From an uncultured bacterium (GTDB lineage: Bacteria; Zixibacteria; MSB-5A5; JAABVY01; JAHJOQ01), in NCBI GenBank assembly GCA_965369655.1, contig CBDUQR010000001.1:32001-96000 (forward strand): a DNA stretch of 64,000 bases, given 5' to 3'. Below are positions 10,661-20,604 of this stretch, piece after piece. The position numbers and the translations under genes were made by a program. Every line of letters begins with the position of its first letter. Position 1 is the first letter of the stretch. Under the pieces are notes generated by a model. That model was not told the DNA's origin. It made no database searches and saw nothing but the letters and a program-made list of their open reading frames with translations.

Positions 10661-11131
10661 TTACTCAGGCTTTATAATAAAGTCTTTGCCGGTCCAGCCC
10701 TTGCGCATCGGCGGCCCCTCGTTCCAGTCTTCAGGCAGTAACAGAGGACGCAGATCAGGGTGGTTCTTCACATTGATTCCGTACAACTCCCAGACTTCAC
10801 GCTCGAACCAGTCCGCAGCGCGGTATATGTCGCAGATCGTATCGATTTCAGGATTCTCGGTCGGGAGCTTGACCTTGACGGTCAGATTCTTCTTACTGGA
10901 CGTTGAGCTTATATGGTAAACAACTTCGAGATGTTCACCAGCATCAACACCCGACAGAGAAGACAGATAATCGAATTTGAATTCAGAAGTATTCTTCAAA
11001 TACTGGAAGAAATCGCGAACCGTAGATGCGTCTATGAGAACAGCATCCTGTACAGGCTCAAGGTCGAGCTTTTCGACCTTGCCCGGAAAAGCCACTATGA
11101 GAGATTCGACGACTGTGTCAGGCTTTGACAT
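10661..11131 (-). CDS. nuoC: NADH-quinone oxidoreductase subunit C
   Basis: [23 protein letters not shown]. Confidence 0.95.
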   Translation of the reverse strand: MSKPDTVVESLIVAFPGKVEKLDLEPVQDAVLIDASTVRDFFQYLKNTSEFKFDYLSSLSGVDAGEHLEVVYHISSTSSKKNLTVKVKLPTENPEIDTICDIYRAADWFEREVWELYGINVKNHPDLRPLLLPEDWNEGPPMRKGWTGKDFIIKPE

Positions 11132-11639
11132 CCCTGCTCCAGTCAGCCATCTTTTCTTTCTTGACTTTTTCCATGAGCTTGAGGCAGCCCTCCATCAGCG
11201 ATTCTGGTCTGGGCGGGCAGCCGGGTATGTAAACATCCACAGGGATGATCTGATCGATGCCCTTGAGCACGGCATACGAATCATAGTAGAATGGACCGCC
11301 ACGTGTTGCGCAGCCACCCATCGCAATCACATATTTCGGCGACGCCATCTGATCGTAGAGCAGCTTGACTCGCGGAGCCATCTTGTGTGTCACCGTACCG
11401 GCGACGAACATCAGGTCGGATTGTCTCGGCGATGCTCGAAATATCATGCCGAATCTATCGAAATCATAGCGCGATGCACCTGCGCACATCATCTCAATCG
11501 CGCAGCAGGCGAGACCGAACAACATATACCAGAGGGAAGATGCCCTGCTCCAGTTGAGAACCTGCTCGAGCTTAGTCGTGATGATGCCTCCGCCGGGGAC
11601 CTGCTCAAAATAAACCGGAAGCTTGGAAGCTATACCCAT
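11118..11639 (-). CDS. nuoB: NADH-quinone oxidoreductase subunit B
   Basis: [31 protein letters not shown]; start placed at ATG 11639, overlapping nuoA. Confidence 0.95.
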   Translation of the reverse strand: MGIASKLPVYFEQVPGGGIITTKLEQVLNWSRASSLWYMLFGLACCAIEMMCAGASRYDFDRFGMIFRASPRQSDLMFVAGTVTHKMAPRVKLLYDQMASPKYVIAMGGCATRGGPFYYDSYAVLKGIDQIIPVDVYIPGCPPRPESLMEGCLKLMEKVKKEKMADWSRDVKA

Positions 11640-11989
11640 TTCAACACACCTTTCTTCCAGGCGTAAACCAATCCGAAGATCAGGATGAAGAGGAACACAA
11701 GCATTTCGATCAGTGCGAAGAGTCCGAGTTGTTTGTAGACCAACGCCCACGGTATCAGGAACGCGACCTCAACGTCGAAAATCACGAACAGGAGAGCAAA
11801 TATATAGTAGCGAACGTTATACTGAATCCACGAAGGCCCGATGGTGGGTTCGCCGCATTCATACGGCTGAAGCTGCGCCTCGGTCGGGCGTTGTGGTCTG
11901 AAAATCCGCGCAATCGCGAAAGTGACGAGGACGAATCCTACGGAGACAACAAGGAAAATGCCGACTGTTCCGTAATGTTCAAGATGCAT
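11630..11989 (-). CDS. nuoA: NADH-quinone oxidoreductase subunit A
   Basis: [29 protein letters not shown]. Confidence 0.95.
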   Translation of the reverse strand: MHLEHYGTVGIFLVVSVGFVLVTFAIARIFRPQRPTEAQLQPYECGEPTIGPSWIQYNVRYYIFALLFVIFDVEVAFLIPWALVYKQLGLFALIEMLVFLFILIFGLVYAWKKGVLKWV

Positions 11990-12018
11990 GTCTCAAGCCT
12001 TCAGCCGAAGCCAGTTCC

Positions 12019-12036
12019 TTGTGACCAGGTTCACAA
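12019..12036. promoter_or_regulatory. Rex-like (or CRP/FNR-family) operator upstream of nuoA
   Basis: TTGTGACCAGGTTCACAA palindrome, one mismatch to Rex consensus TTGTGAANNNNTTCACAA, 30 nt upstream of the nuoA start. Confidence 0.65.
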
Positions 12037-12182
12037 TTTTGCCTGCGACAGCCTCCGTCCAATAATTCGTACAATCAATGAACAAACAAGAACTTGTCAA
12101 GCAGAAATTAAGTGAAGCGAAAGATGTGGCAATGTCTGGGAAATATGTAAATAACCCGTGATCGTCGGAACTGTGCTCCGAA

Positions 12183-12214
12183 GTGAAGCGCAGAGGCATA
12201 GCCTCTGCGTGCAC
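12183..12214. repeat. GC-rich palindrome (REP-like or terminator)
   Basis: GCGCAGAGGC-ATA-GCCTCTGCGT inverted repeat downstream of the ERCC4 gene. Confidence 0.5.
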
Positions 12215-12275
12215 AAGATTCAAAGACGTCACCGTAGCGTATGCTGATGGTTCTGTCCGTCAAACAGGCTGTGGC

Positions 12276-12929
12276 CTAACTGTACTTCTTATTGATAAAC
12301 TGGAGTATCTTGTCGGCGCGTTTGTCTCCGATGCCGTCTACAGATACAAAGTCATCTTTTGAAGCGGCAAACAACCGTTTCAGCGTCCTGAACTGCTTGA
12401 GCATCGCAATGGCGATAGCAGTCCCGACATCGGGAAGAGACTCAACGATACCGAGCTGCTGTTCTTTGTCTTCGGAGAACTTGCGCTTTTTCTCGTCCTC
12501 GATCGGCGTGAACGTCATGCCATGCTGCGCCTGCCGGGAGATCATATAGATATATTCCGCCGAGTCCTTTGGATCCTGAGTGAAGATGATCGGCACGTGA
12601 TTGAGAATCGTGACATAAGAGATCGCCGACCTTATCTTGGTTGCGTTGACTCTCTTGTTGTCGTAGATATCGCAGCCTTCTATTATATACAACGGATTCG
12701 CAAATTCTCTCTTGAAATCGATAAGCTGTCTGAAGATAGATTTATCCTCTATGGAGTCGATGAACGCCTTGGAGTCCTTGCGTTCGACTGCCGTCGAGCC
12801 TGAGATTAGAAAATCTCCCATCTTCAGGTTCGCGAATCGGATCTGCAAGCCAAGTTCCTGGAGATGTTTGGCGACGGGGCCGTCTTTCTCGAGGTTAGAT
12901 GCTATCAATGTAAGATCTGGCCCAAACAA
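12276..12929 (-). CDS. ERCC4/XPF-like nuclease-domain protein with C-terminal helix-hairpin-helix motifs
   Basis: GDF..VERK, IIEG, LPDVG and VDGIG HhH motifs; likely TTG start at 12929 after AGGAG. Confidence 0.85.
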   Translation of the reverse strand: MFGPDLTLIASNLEKDGPVAKHLQELGLQIRFANLKMGDFLISGSTAVERKDSKAFIDSIEDKSIFRQLIDFKREFANPLYIIEGCDIYDNKRVNATKIRSAISYVTILNHVPIIFTQDPKDSAEYIYMISRQAQHGMTFTPIEDEKKRKFSEDKEQQLGIVESLPDVGTAIAIAMLKQFRTLKRLFAASKDDFVSVDGIGDKRADKILQFINKKYS

Positions 12930-13037
12930 AATTATCTCCTCACTATCGGTTAAAGTACAATGAATTCCAAGTTGCAGGACAGTCGGCATACTGCCACTGT
13001 CAATATACACAGAACTATCAAATTTCCCAACACTAAA

Positions 13038-14306
13038 TCAAGTTTTTCTCTCTTTCTGCCTCGCTGCCGGGAAGAGGATATTGTTAAGTATCAGACGATA
13101 CCCGGGTGAATTCGGATAGAGGCTCAGGTCAGTAGGTGGGTCACCTATCATATGCTGATAGTCTTCGGGGTCATGTCCCGACAGGAATGTGAACGTCCCC
13201 TTCCCGAAATTGCCATGGACGTACCGCACCTCATCTTTGCCTTCCACCTCGGCTAAGACGATCACGAATTTCTTCAGGAGTGACTTGCGCATTGCAGTCG
13301 ACTGCCCCATGAAGCCGGGGACTGTCCCGACATGACATTGAACCAGCATGGTCGGCACCGGATCGAGCTTCGCCGAGAAGTCGAACAGCGAAAAGAAATC
13401 CGCCATCGGTCCGGCTATGTACGCGCGTCTTTCCGGATATGTATCTATGTCTGAATGCCTGTATTCATTTGCCTTCAATGATACAGTGAAATCCTCGAAC
13501 GCGAGACATTGATCGTAGTCGAGTTTCGACTGGCAGTCCGGATCGAATGGATCGCCGTCGTATTCCTGCGGCACAATATCCGTATTCCACGCAGCCAGCG
13601 CGATATCCATTGTCTCGGGTGCGGAGCACATCGCAAAGAGGAATCCGCCGCGCGCGATGAAGTCCTTTACGGCTCGTGCCACTGAGAGTTTGAGATCGGG
13701 AACTTTTGCGAAGCCGAGACCGCGAGCCATCATCTCGTTGGCGGCAACTTCCTGCTGATACCATGTCGCATTGTGATACATGGCATAGAATTTGCCGTAC
13801 TGACCGGTGAAATCCTCGTGGTGCAAATGCAGCCAATCGTAATTCTCAAGCTCACCAGCAAGGACATGCTCGTCCCAAACTGTCTCGTACGGGATTTCGG
13901 CATAAGCGAGCGCGAGTGTCACGGCGTCATCCCACGGCTCTTTATTCTCTGGCGAATAGATGGCAACAGCCGGAGCTTTTTCGAGATCGACGACCTCCAT
14001 ATTTTCCGAGTCGATAATCGCCATTATCTGAGAGACATCGCTCTCGGAAATAACTTGGTGTGATACGCCTCGCAGTAGGCAGACATTCTCGACATTGGTA
14101 CGCGCACTGGTCAGAAAGGAACCCGCCCTGTAATTGAGAAGCCACTGGACCTGCATGCCCTGCTGGAGGCACCAGAAAGCCACTCCGTAGGCTTTCAGGT
14201 GGTCCGTCTGTTCAAAATCCATTGGGATCAGAATCCGCTCCGCGCTCACGGCAGTAGTGCTGAGTATCAGTATCGCTAACGCTATCGATATTGCTTTAAC
14301 AAGCAT
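13038..14306 (-). CDS. Secreted conserved protein (family often auto-annotated 'asparagine synthetase B' in FCB bacteria; GATase-like fold suspected)
   Basis: Signal peptide; QTDHLKAYG, PWDDAVTL, YDWLHLHHEDFTGQYGKFY, FAMCSA, GHDPEDYQH, GYRLILNNILFPAA. Confidence 0.7.
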   Translation of the reverse strand: MLVKAISIALAILILSTTAVSAERILIPMDFEQTDHLKAYGVAFWCLQQGMQVQWLLNYRAGSFLTSARTNVENVCLLRGVSHQVISESDVSQIMAIIDSENMEVVDLEKAPAVAIYSPENKEPWDDAVTLALAYAEIPYETVWDEHVLAGELENYDWLHLHHEDFTGQYGKFYAMYHNATWYQQEVAANEMMARGLGFAKVPDLKLSVARAVKDFIARGGFLFAMCSAPETMDIALAAWNTDIVPQEYDGDPFDPDCQSKLDYDQCLAFEDFTVSLKANEYRHSDIDTYPERRAYIAGPMADFFSLFDFSAKLDPVPTMLVQCHVGTVPGFMGQSTAMRKSLLKKFVIVLAEVEGKDEVRYVHGNFGKGTFTFLSGHDPEDYQHMIGDPPTDLSLYPNSPGYRLILNNILFPAARQKERKT

Positions 14307-14393
14307 TCCAAGTTCGCCTAAAGCTCAACAAAAAGCTTCCAATGAGGTTATAGCGGATTTCCGCAACCAGTATTCCATTAGACAGAGAAAAAC

Positions 14394-14421
14394 AGTATAT
14401 TTATCTTTCCGGACTTGTCAA
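14394..14421 (-). promoter_or_regulatory. sigma70-type promoter
   Basis: TTGACA-N16-TATACT on minus strand ~90 nt upstream of the 14306 start. Confidence 0.6.
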
Positions 14422-14547
14422 GGTTTATATCACACAGTTCTTCTGCAAATGGTTCAGACGACGCCTCAAGAGAGGTCTCAGTAGTCATACCGGTGCGTTG
14501 TTAAGCGTGTTCCAGATATGTACGTGGTATTTGTCTGGTAATCATCA

Positions 14548-14713
14548 GATGTGGAGAGATAGTCCCATAAGTAGGTCGTGTTCCGAACCCCGTAGCGCGG
14601 GGTGAGAAACGCGACACCTCTACCTTGTTGACCGACAGTCGGGTTTCTTGCAGGCTTAGCCTGCTGTGGAACACCGACCTACTGGAAACCAGTACAGAAG
14701 CTAGTCTCACATC
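14548..14713. ncRNA. Candidate structured non-coding element, class unknown
   Basis: Nested inverted repeats: 14548-62/14701-13, 14571-84/14668-82, 14604-15/14638-49, and hairpins at 14587-603, 14650-64, 14681-93. Confidence 0.45.
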
Positions 14714-15716
14714 ATGTTGTGAGTGATGCTTGCGCCGATGCGTCCAGAGTCAGATCGGAGGATTCTCCTCTCTTCAATCTTTCCAGCCCGGCGGCAGCGA
14801 TCATAGCGCCGTTATCGGTGCAAAGCTCGAGCGATGGGAAATAGACATTGAAGCCACCAGACTCGGCAGCCTTTCCAAGTATGGAACGTAGCGCGGAATT
14901 AGATGCAACGCCTCCCGCCACTGCGAGTTTGTCGAGTCTGGTTTCGTCGAGCGCCAGAAGGCATCTCCTGACGATTGCGTCGAGCAGGGCGGATTGGAAT
15001 GACGCGCAGATGTGAGGCAGGTTCTCTTTGATGAATGCGCCGGATTTTTCTTTCAGATACAATGCCACCGCCGTTTTCAAACCTGAGAATGAGAACGCGA
15101 ACGGATCGCCTCTGACAGCGGCGCGGGGAAACCTGTGGAACTCAGGGTTGCCTTCTCTGGCAAGGCTGTCGATCTTCGACCCGCCGGGGTAACCCAAGCC
15201 CAGCAGCTTGGCAACTTTGTCATACGCTTCGCCGGCGGCGTCATCGCGAGTCTGTCCAAGCATGCGGTAGGCGCAGTAATCCTCGACCAGCAGAAGCAGG
15301 GTGTGACCGCCGGAAATCACGAGAGAAATAAACGGTGGCTTGAGATCCGGATGCTCGAGATAATTCGAGCAGATATGCCCCTCAATATGATTGATGCCGA
15401 TGATTGGTTTGCCAGTGGAAAAGGCCAGTCCTTTCGCAAAGTTGACGCCGACGAGGAGCGAACCGATCAGGCCGGGAGCGCAGGTGACCGCTATTGCATC
15501 TATATCGTCGAGCGATATTCCGGCTGTTTTCATGCACTGTTCATAAATTGGGACGATCTTCCTGATCTGCTGTCGCGAGGCCACTTCCGGAACGATACCT
15601 CCGTATTCCTCGTGCTCGAGTTGAGAATAGATGGCATTCGAGAGAATGTGAAGGTCGCCGTCGATCAAAGCGCACGACGTCTCATCGCATGATGTCTCGA
15701 TCCCAAGGACGATCAT
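14712..15716 (-). CDS. tsaD: tRNA N6-threonylcarbamoyltransferase
   Basis: LGIETSCDETS, GGIVPEVASR, NHIEGH, SGGHT, DDAAGEAYDK, CTDNGAMIA. Confidence 0.97.
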   Translation of the reverse strand: MIVLGIETSCDETSCALIDGDLHILSNAIYSQLEHEEYGGIVPEVASRQQIRKIVPIYEQCMKTAGISLDDIDAIAVTCAPGLIGSLLVGVNFAKGLAFSTGKPIIGINHIEGHICSNYLEHPDLKPPFISLVISGGHTLLLLVEDYCAYRMLGQTRDDAAGEAYDKVAKLLGLGYPGGSKIDSLAREGNPEFHRFPRAAVRGDPFAFSFSGLKTAVALYLKEKSGAFIKENLPHICASFQSALLDAIVRRCLLALDETRLDKLAVAGGVASNSALRSILGKAAESGGFNVYFPSLELCTDNGAMIAAAGLERLKRGESSDLTLDASAQASLTT

Positions 15717-16636
15717 TCTCTCGGGACCTCGATCAGGATCTCCTTTGGAATGACGTCGACGAGGCGCAATTCTTTGGGGACTGTGACCCTCGGCTCTACA
15801 AACGTGCTGCCGGGCAGTACCGAGTCGATCGTTATCGATGCGCTGAACTGGTCTGCGCTGATACTGTCGAGCAGGCTCGGAATAGCTTCCACGATCACGG
15901 AAATCGATTCAGGCTTGATCGAGAGGGTGGGCAGCGACGCTGCGTGCCGGAGTGTAATCGGGATTCCGGTAAAAGTCCGTTCAGCGAGACGTATGATATC
16001 CTGGGCTATCACGACATTCGAGTCCGACAGAGTCAGATATGATGAATCCGGGAATGAGAGACGTACCTGTTCCGACAGGGGATCATCCATGTCCGTGAAT
16101 GTCAGTTTTTCCGTGTGAAGCCTTCTGATCTTTCTCACGACTCTCTTGGGACCGGAGATCGTCACCGAGTCGGGAGAGAATGTCAGGTTTCTATGCAACG
16201 AGTATCCAGCCGCAGCGGCAATCTCTATGTCCGGGACAATCGGGACTCGCTTGTCGAATCTCTCTTCAAACAGGAGCCGCAACTCCCGAGGTGAGACGAC
16301 GTCGAGAATCTCCGATGCGTTATTATGATTGAGAATCAGGTCGTCCGGAGCAAGGTCCACGACGTACAGCCCGGTCGAGTAGTCGGCTACTGACATTCGC
16401 GCCTCCTCGACATTGACGAGAAACTTGAGAAGTTCCTTCCCTGTTCCTCTGACGTTGATCGCGCACCGTTCCGGAATCTCGGATGCGAGCATGAGCCCAT
16501 CCTGGATACTCTCAATATGGAACGGCAATTCAAACATGTGCTCGTACGTCCGGTCGGTAACGACATGGACCCAGAGCAGAAAAGCGAGGGTTACGGCGAT
16601 CACTTTCACGGCTGGATGCTTCGGAACAATCTTCAA
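15713..16636 (-). CDS. YbbR/CdaR-like repeat protein
   Basis: N-terminal TM (KVIAVTLAFLLWVHV) and repeats with PDSVTISGP and PESISV. Confidence 0.75.
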   Translation of the reverse strand: MKIVPKHPAVKVIAVTLAFLLWVHVVTDRTYEHMFELPFHIESIQDGLMLASEIPERCAINVRGTGKELLKFLVNVEEARMSVADYSTGLYVVDLAPDDLILNHNNASEILDVVSPRELRLLFEERFDKRVPIVPDIEIAAAAGYSLHRNLTFSPDSVTISGPKRVVRKIRRLHTEKLTFTDMDDPLSEQVRLSFPDSSYLTLSDSNVVIAQDIIRLAERTFTGIPITLRHAASLPTLSIKPESISVIVEAIPSLLDSISADQFSASITIDSVLPGSTFVEPRVTVPKELRLVDVIPKEILIEVPRE

Positions 16637-16759
16637 TTACGACTCCAGATCATTTCCTGATGGTACGACATCATTGCCGCCAATGACTGAAACAAATTAG
16701 AGATGTCAGCATGGTTTGTCAAACAAAGATTATCGCCGTCGAGTCCGGTTCGCGCAGAA

Positions 16760-18280
16760 TCAGTTGTCACGGGTTCTCAGCGGGTTGTTCCAGTAGAATC
16801 GTGTAGCTCCCGATGGCGTGGCGAACCAGACGTGGTTACTGTCGAGCTTGATGTCGTTGATGTAGTTGTCTATCAGCCCGTCATCGACGCTGTAGCTGTC
16901 CCACATCTGCAGCAGCCTGTCATACCTGAGTACGCCATTATCTGTTCCGATCAGGAGCCTTTCGCCCGTGAATGCGATCCTGTGCGGAGTCAGGTCCTTG
17001 AGATCGGTATGCGTCAGATATGCTTCGACCTCGGCAAACGTGTCATCCAACTGGATTACTCCATCGCTGCCGACAAACCAGAGGAAGCCGAATGGGCCTT
17101 CGACAATCTGGTATATCACACCGCCGAGATGTCCGCTCGGTGTGTTGAAGCGGGACCATTTGTTTTTTTCGATATTCAGCCGATACACGCCGTAGTCGGT
17201 CCCGACCCACAGATATCCGGCGAAGCGAGTCATCGTCAGCACCTTGCTGGAAAAGAATTCCGGAGTGTCGAATGATAAGACTGCGCCTGTCGTCGTCACG
17301 AGAACGTCGATTGTGCCATTTCCGCCGATCAGCAGGATGCTGTCTTCAAGGAGAAGAGAGTAAACTTCAGTCGATCGAAGTCCGAACGCTCTCGTGAAGC
17401 TCCTGAATTTCTCATTTTTCTTGCGATATTGGATAAGACCGTTGTCCGTAGCGAAGAACACATGCTTGTCGTCACCGACGATTTCGTTGACTTCGTCCGA
17501 TGAAATCCGGTCGTGGTATCTACTCTCGAAATAGCTCCACTCATCTGTCTTTCTATTCCATCGCGTCAGGGCATTCTCTGTCGAGGGACCGGCCTTGCCC
17601 CCGAACCAGACCATGTCGTCATTGACGTAAACCGCCTGCACGTCTTCCTGGTACAGGCCGTGAGGTCGCAGGGTGACAAAATCGCTCATCAGATCGACAT
17701 CGGCGATTCCATGTCCGTATGTTGCAACCCAGAGATGATCGAACCGATCTTCCACTGCATTGATCACGCGATATTCCCTGAAGAACGGGTCAATCAGGTA
17801 TGTCAGGTCGGTCTCTTCAGTCATGCGATAACCGACATCGAGATGGTATGTCAGAAAATCTTTGTAGCGATCGAAATTGGGAGCTTCCAGATGATCAGGG
17901 AACGCATCTTCCATCCGCCAGTCCTGGAATGCCGGATCATAGCTCCATGCTCCCAGCGGTGTCAGAACATGAATCCGGTCATCCTCATTTCTGACGGCAA
18001 TCTGCCAGATTTCGTTTGTCGGAAGACCGTCAGACGTAGTTATGGGATTCTTCCATGTTTTTTCGAGGCTGGCATAACGCATTATTCCGCCCGTAGTGCC
18101 GAAATAGACGTCGCTCCATCCGAGCCCCACCGATGTCACGAATCTGGTCTGAGTGTAACTGACCCAGTCGCCCGGATAGTAGCCTTTCCTGTTCTGCGCC
18201 TGTGAATCGTGCGAGAGAAATACGAGCAATATCGCCGCAGTGATAATGTGAATCGCATGTGGTCTGAAAAGATTCTGCAT
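16760..18280 (-). CDS. Secreted beta-propeller repeat protein (two-component regulator propeller-like)
   Basis: Signal peptide; repeated (W/F)xGTxxG motifs, SDGLP, DDGLID. Confidence 0.7.
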   Translation of the reverse strand: MQNLFRPHAIHIITAAILLVFLSHDSQAQNRKGYYPGDWVSYTQTRFVTSVGLGWSDVYFGTTGGIMRYASLEKTWKNPITTSDGLPTNEIWQIAVRNEDDRIHVLTPLGAWSYDPAFQDWRMEDAFPDHLEAPNFDRYKDFLTYHLDVGYRMTEETDLTYLIDPFFREYRVINAVEDRFDHLWVATYGHGIADVDLMSDFVTLRPHGLYQEDVQAVYVNDDMVWFGGKAGPSTENALTRWNRKTDEWSYFESRYHDRISSDEVNEIVGDDKHVFFATDNGLIQYRKKNEKFRSFTRAFGLRSTEVYSLLLEDSILLIGGNGTIDVLVTTTGAVLSFDTPEFFSSKVLTMTRFAGYLWVGTDYGVYRLNIEKNKWSRFNTPSGHLGGVIYQIVEGPFGFLWFVGSDGVIQLDDTFAEVEAYLTHTDLKDLTPHRIAFTGERLLIGTDNGVLRYDRLLQMWDSYSVDDGLIDNYINDIKLDSNHVWFATPSGATRFYWNNPLRTRDN

Positions 18281-18288
18281 AGCGACGC

Positions 18289-19473
18289 TTATTCGTCGAG
18301 GAAATCGATCAATGCTCGTGCGCATACGGCCATGCCGATCCTGATGGCTTCCTCATCCACCATGAACCTGCCATGGTGCCATGGATATATAGCACCAATT
18401 TGGCGATTCCGCACGCCAATTCTGAACATTGCGCCCGGAACATGTTCCAGATACTGGGCGAAATCCTCCGCAGCCATGATCGGGCGGTCGATTTCCACGA
18501 CACACTTTCGGCCGTACATCTCGCTCGCGGCCGCTCTGACGTACCGATTGATTCTTGCGCTGTTAGTCAATGGCGGATATCCGGTGATGAACCTCAATCT
18601 GTGTGTTGCACCTGCGGCGCGCGTAACATGTCTGCATGTCTGTTCAACCAGTTTTCTCATTCTTGCGGCTGTCTTTCGCGACAGCGAACGTATAGTTCCC
18701 TCGAGCAACACTCGGTCGGCCACCACATTCCTGGTTGCGCCGCCACCGATTGTACCGAATGTCAGGACAACCGGTTCCAGCGGATCAATCCTCCGGGATA
18801 CGACGTCCTGTAACTGCGCCACGACATTGGCCGCCACAACGATCGCATCAACAGACTGATGAGGTTTCGCCGCGTGACCGCTCTCCCCAATGATCTCGAG
18901 ATCGAAATCGTCCACTCCGGCCATCATGACGCCATCCCGCACGGCTATCCTGCCTGTTCGGAATTCCGGATCGACATGGAAGCCGAATATCGCATCAACG
19001 TCGGGCAAGGTCAGAACTCCCTGTTCGATCATCAACGACGCGCCTCCGGGAGGCGCCTCTTCCGCAGGCTGAAAGATGAACTTGACCGACCCCTTCAATG
19101 AATCGCGCATATCCGAGAGAATCGCAGCGGTCCCTGCGGCTATACTCATATGTACGTCATGGCCGCAGGCGTGCATTCGGCCTTTCACTTTCGATCTGTA
19201 TGGCAGCCCGGTCATCTCCTCGACAGCCAGCGCATCCATATCCGAACGCAATGCCGCGACACTGCCTGATCGATCCCCCGTGAGCAGCGCGGTAAACCCG
19301 GTACGTGCAATGTTTCTGCTGATCTTTAGTCCGAGAGGCCGAAGGAATTCCTTCAGCGTTGAGGCGGTCTTCTTTTCCTCGAAGGCGACTTCAGGATACT
19401 GATGCAGCACGCGTCTGAGCCTGAGCGCGGACCTGAAGTGTTTATCGGCGAGCTTTACGATCTCTGATTTCAT
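18289..19473 (-). CDS. M20D family amidohydrolase
   Basis: LHQYPE, LRSDMDAL, MHACGHDVH, FQPAEE, AEDFA, WHH. Confidence 0.92.
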   Translation of the reverse strand: MKSEIVKLADKHFRSALRLRRVLHQYPEVAFEEKKTASTLKEFLRPLGLKISRNIARTGFTALLTGDRSGSVAALRSDMDALAVEEMTGLPYRSKVKGRMHACGHDVHMSIAAGTAAILSDMRDSLKGSVKFIFQPAEEAPPGGASLMIEQGVLTLPDVDAIFGFHVDPEFRTGRIAVRDGVMMAGVDDFDLEIIGESGHAAKPHQSVDAIVVAANVVAQLQDVVSRRIDPLEPVVLTFGTIGGGATRNVVADRVLLEGTIRSLSRKTAARMRKLVEQTCRHVTRAAGATHRLRFITGYPPLTNSARINRYVRAAASEMYGRKCVVEIDRPIMAAEDFAQYLEHVPGAMFRIGVRNRQIGAIYPWHHGRFMVDEEAIRIGMAVCARALIDFLDE

Positions 19474-19541
19474 CGAAGACCGGTTACGAGCGCCGCTGTC
19501 GGGCGCACTTGATATGTTTCGCACTTGAACAAACAACTCTG

Positions 19542-20267
19542 TCAAGGGCCAGGCTGACGGCGTTTCATTGGTCCTGGACCTCGACGGCGACCGTCGTGGG
19601 TGCGCTTCATTTTGTTGCAGAGAATGTGCGCCACCCTCATAGGTTCCGGGAGACGATAACCGCGCGCGGTCGCTGTCACGAGTTCAACCGCCGTCTCCAG
19701 ATCGATCTTGTGGCCGACCGAGATATAGAGCGGTTTGACATCAACGCGCGTCCGTACCACAGCGCCAACCTCATTGCCGTCATACATCAGTGGCGTTTTC
19801 GCATTGATCTCGTTGGCAGGTTCCTCGTGTTCTCCTATCAACTGCTTCTTGGCGCATCCTATGGATGCTATGTCGAGCATTATCCCGAGGTGCGACGCCA
19901 TCCCAATTCCCTTCTCGTGGGCGACGCCGTTGGCGTCGAACATGATGACATCCGGAGTAACCTGTAGCCGCTGGATCGCCTTCATCAATACAGGTCCTTC
20001 GCGGAAAGCGAATAAACCGGGATAATATGGGAAGTTTGCCACCGATTGTGCCTTGACCTTATCAACCGTGACAAGCTCTGGAAACCGCATGACAACGACA
20101 CAGGCAAATATGGCGTCATCCCTCTTGGAATAGGCAACATCCGCACCCGCTACCAACTGGAATTCCTTCTTTGACGTTTTCAACTCAACGAAATGCTTCA
20201 GGCTATCCTGGATCCGGGTTGCCTCACTGATATCCGTTGTCCAGGTATGCAAGCGAGTAAATTTCAT
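19542..20267 (-). CDS. nfi: Endonuclease V
   Basis: AGADVAY, FPYYPGLFAFRE, GCAK, PLYISVGH, YRLPEP; ATG at 20267 after GAGGA. Confidence 0.92.
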   Translation of the reverse strand: MKFTRLHTWTTDISEATRIQDSLKHFVELKTSKKEFQLVAGADVAYSKRDDAIFACVVVMRFPELVTVDKVKAQSVANFPYYPGLFAFREGPVLMKAIQRLQVTPDVIMFDANGVAHEKGIGMASHLGIMLDIASIGCAKKQLIGEHEEPANEINAKTPLMYDGNEVGAVVRTRVDVKPLYISVGHKIDLETAVELVTATARGYRLPEPMRVAHILCNKMKRTHDGRRRGPGPMKRRQPGP

Positions 20268-20604
20268 ATATTCCTCTTGTCTCATGCGGTGCGGGAGCAA
20301 CGAGAATCTCAACTGGGCGACTATCTCTGGTGAGCATCTTTCCCACACCTGTACTAAGATACGAAATCTAACATCGTTGGGGCGCTTAATCAAGCCTAAA
20401 TGGAAGAATCGAACAGAGTTGCCGAACGTTCGAAATCGATTGTTTTGCAACTCCATTCGGTACACACTCCGCAACTGCGCTTCACGTCGGGATGAACAGC
20501 GCAGAAACCTCGTTGTCCCACGATTGAGCGATTCCGACTTCAGCTAAGCCTATCCTGACTTTTGGAGTTGAATTATTCTCTAATCTTCGTAGATTTATCA
20601 AATC

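Noticed and set aside
9503-11639. Group 4 [NiFe]-hydrogenase
   Set aside because: NuoD lacks both CxxC motifs and NuoB has the complex I tandem CC.
14600-14630. Lysine riboswitch (minus-strand GGTAGAGGTG)
   Set aside because: Downstream conserved elements and lysine-related gene context are absent.
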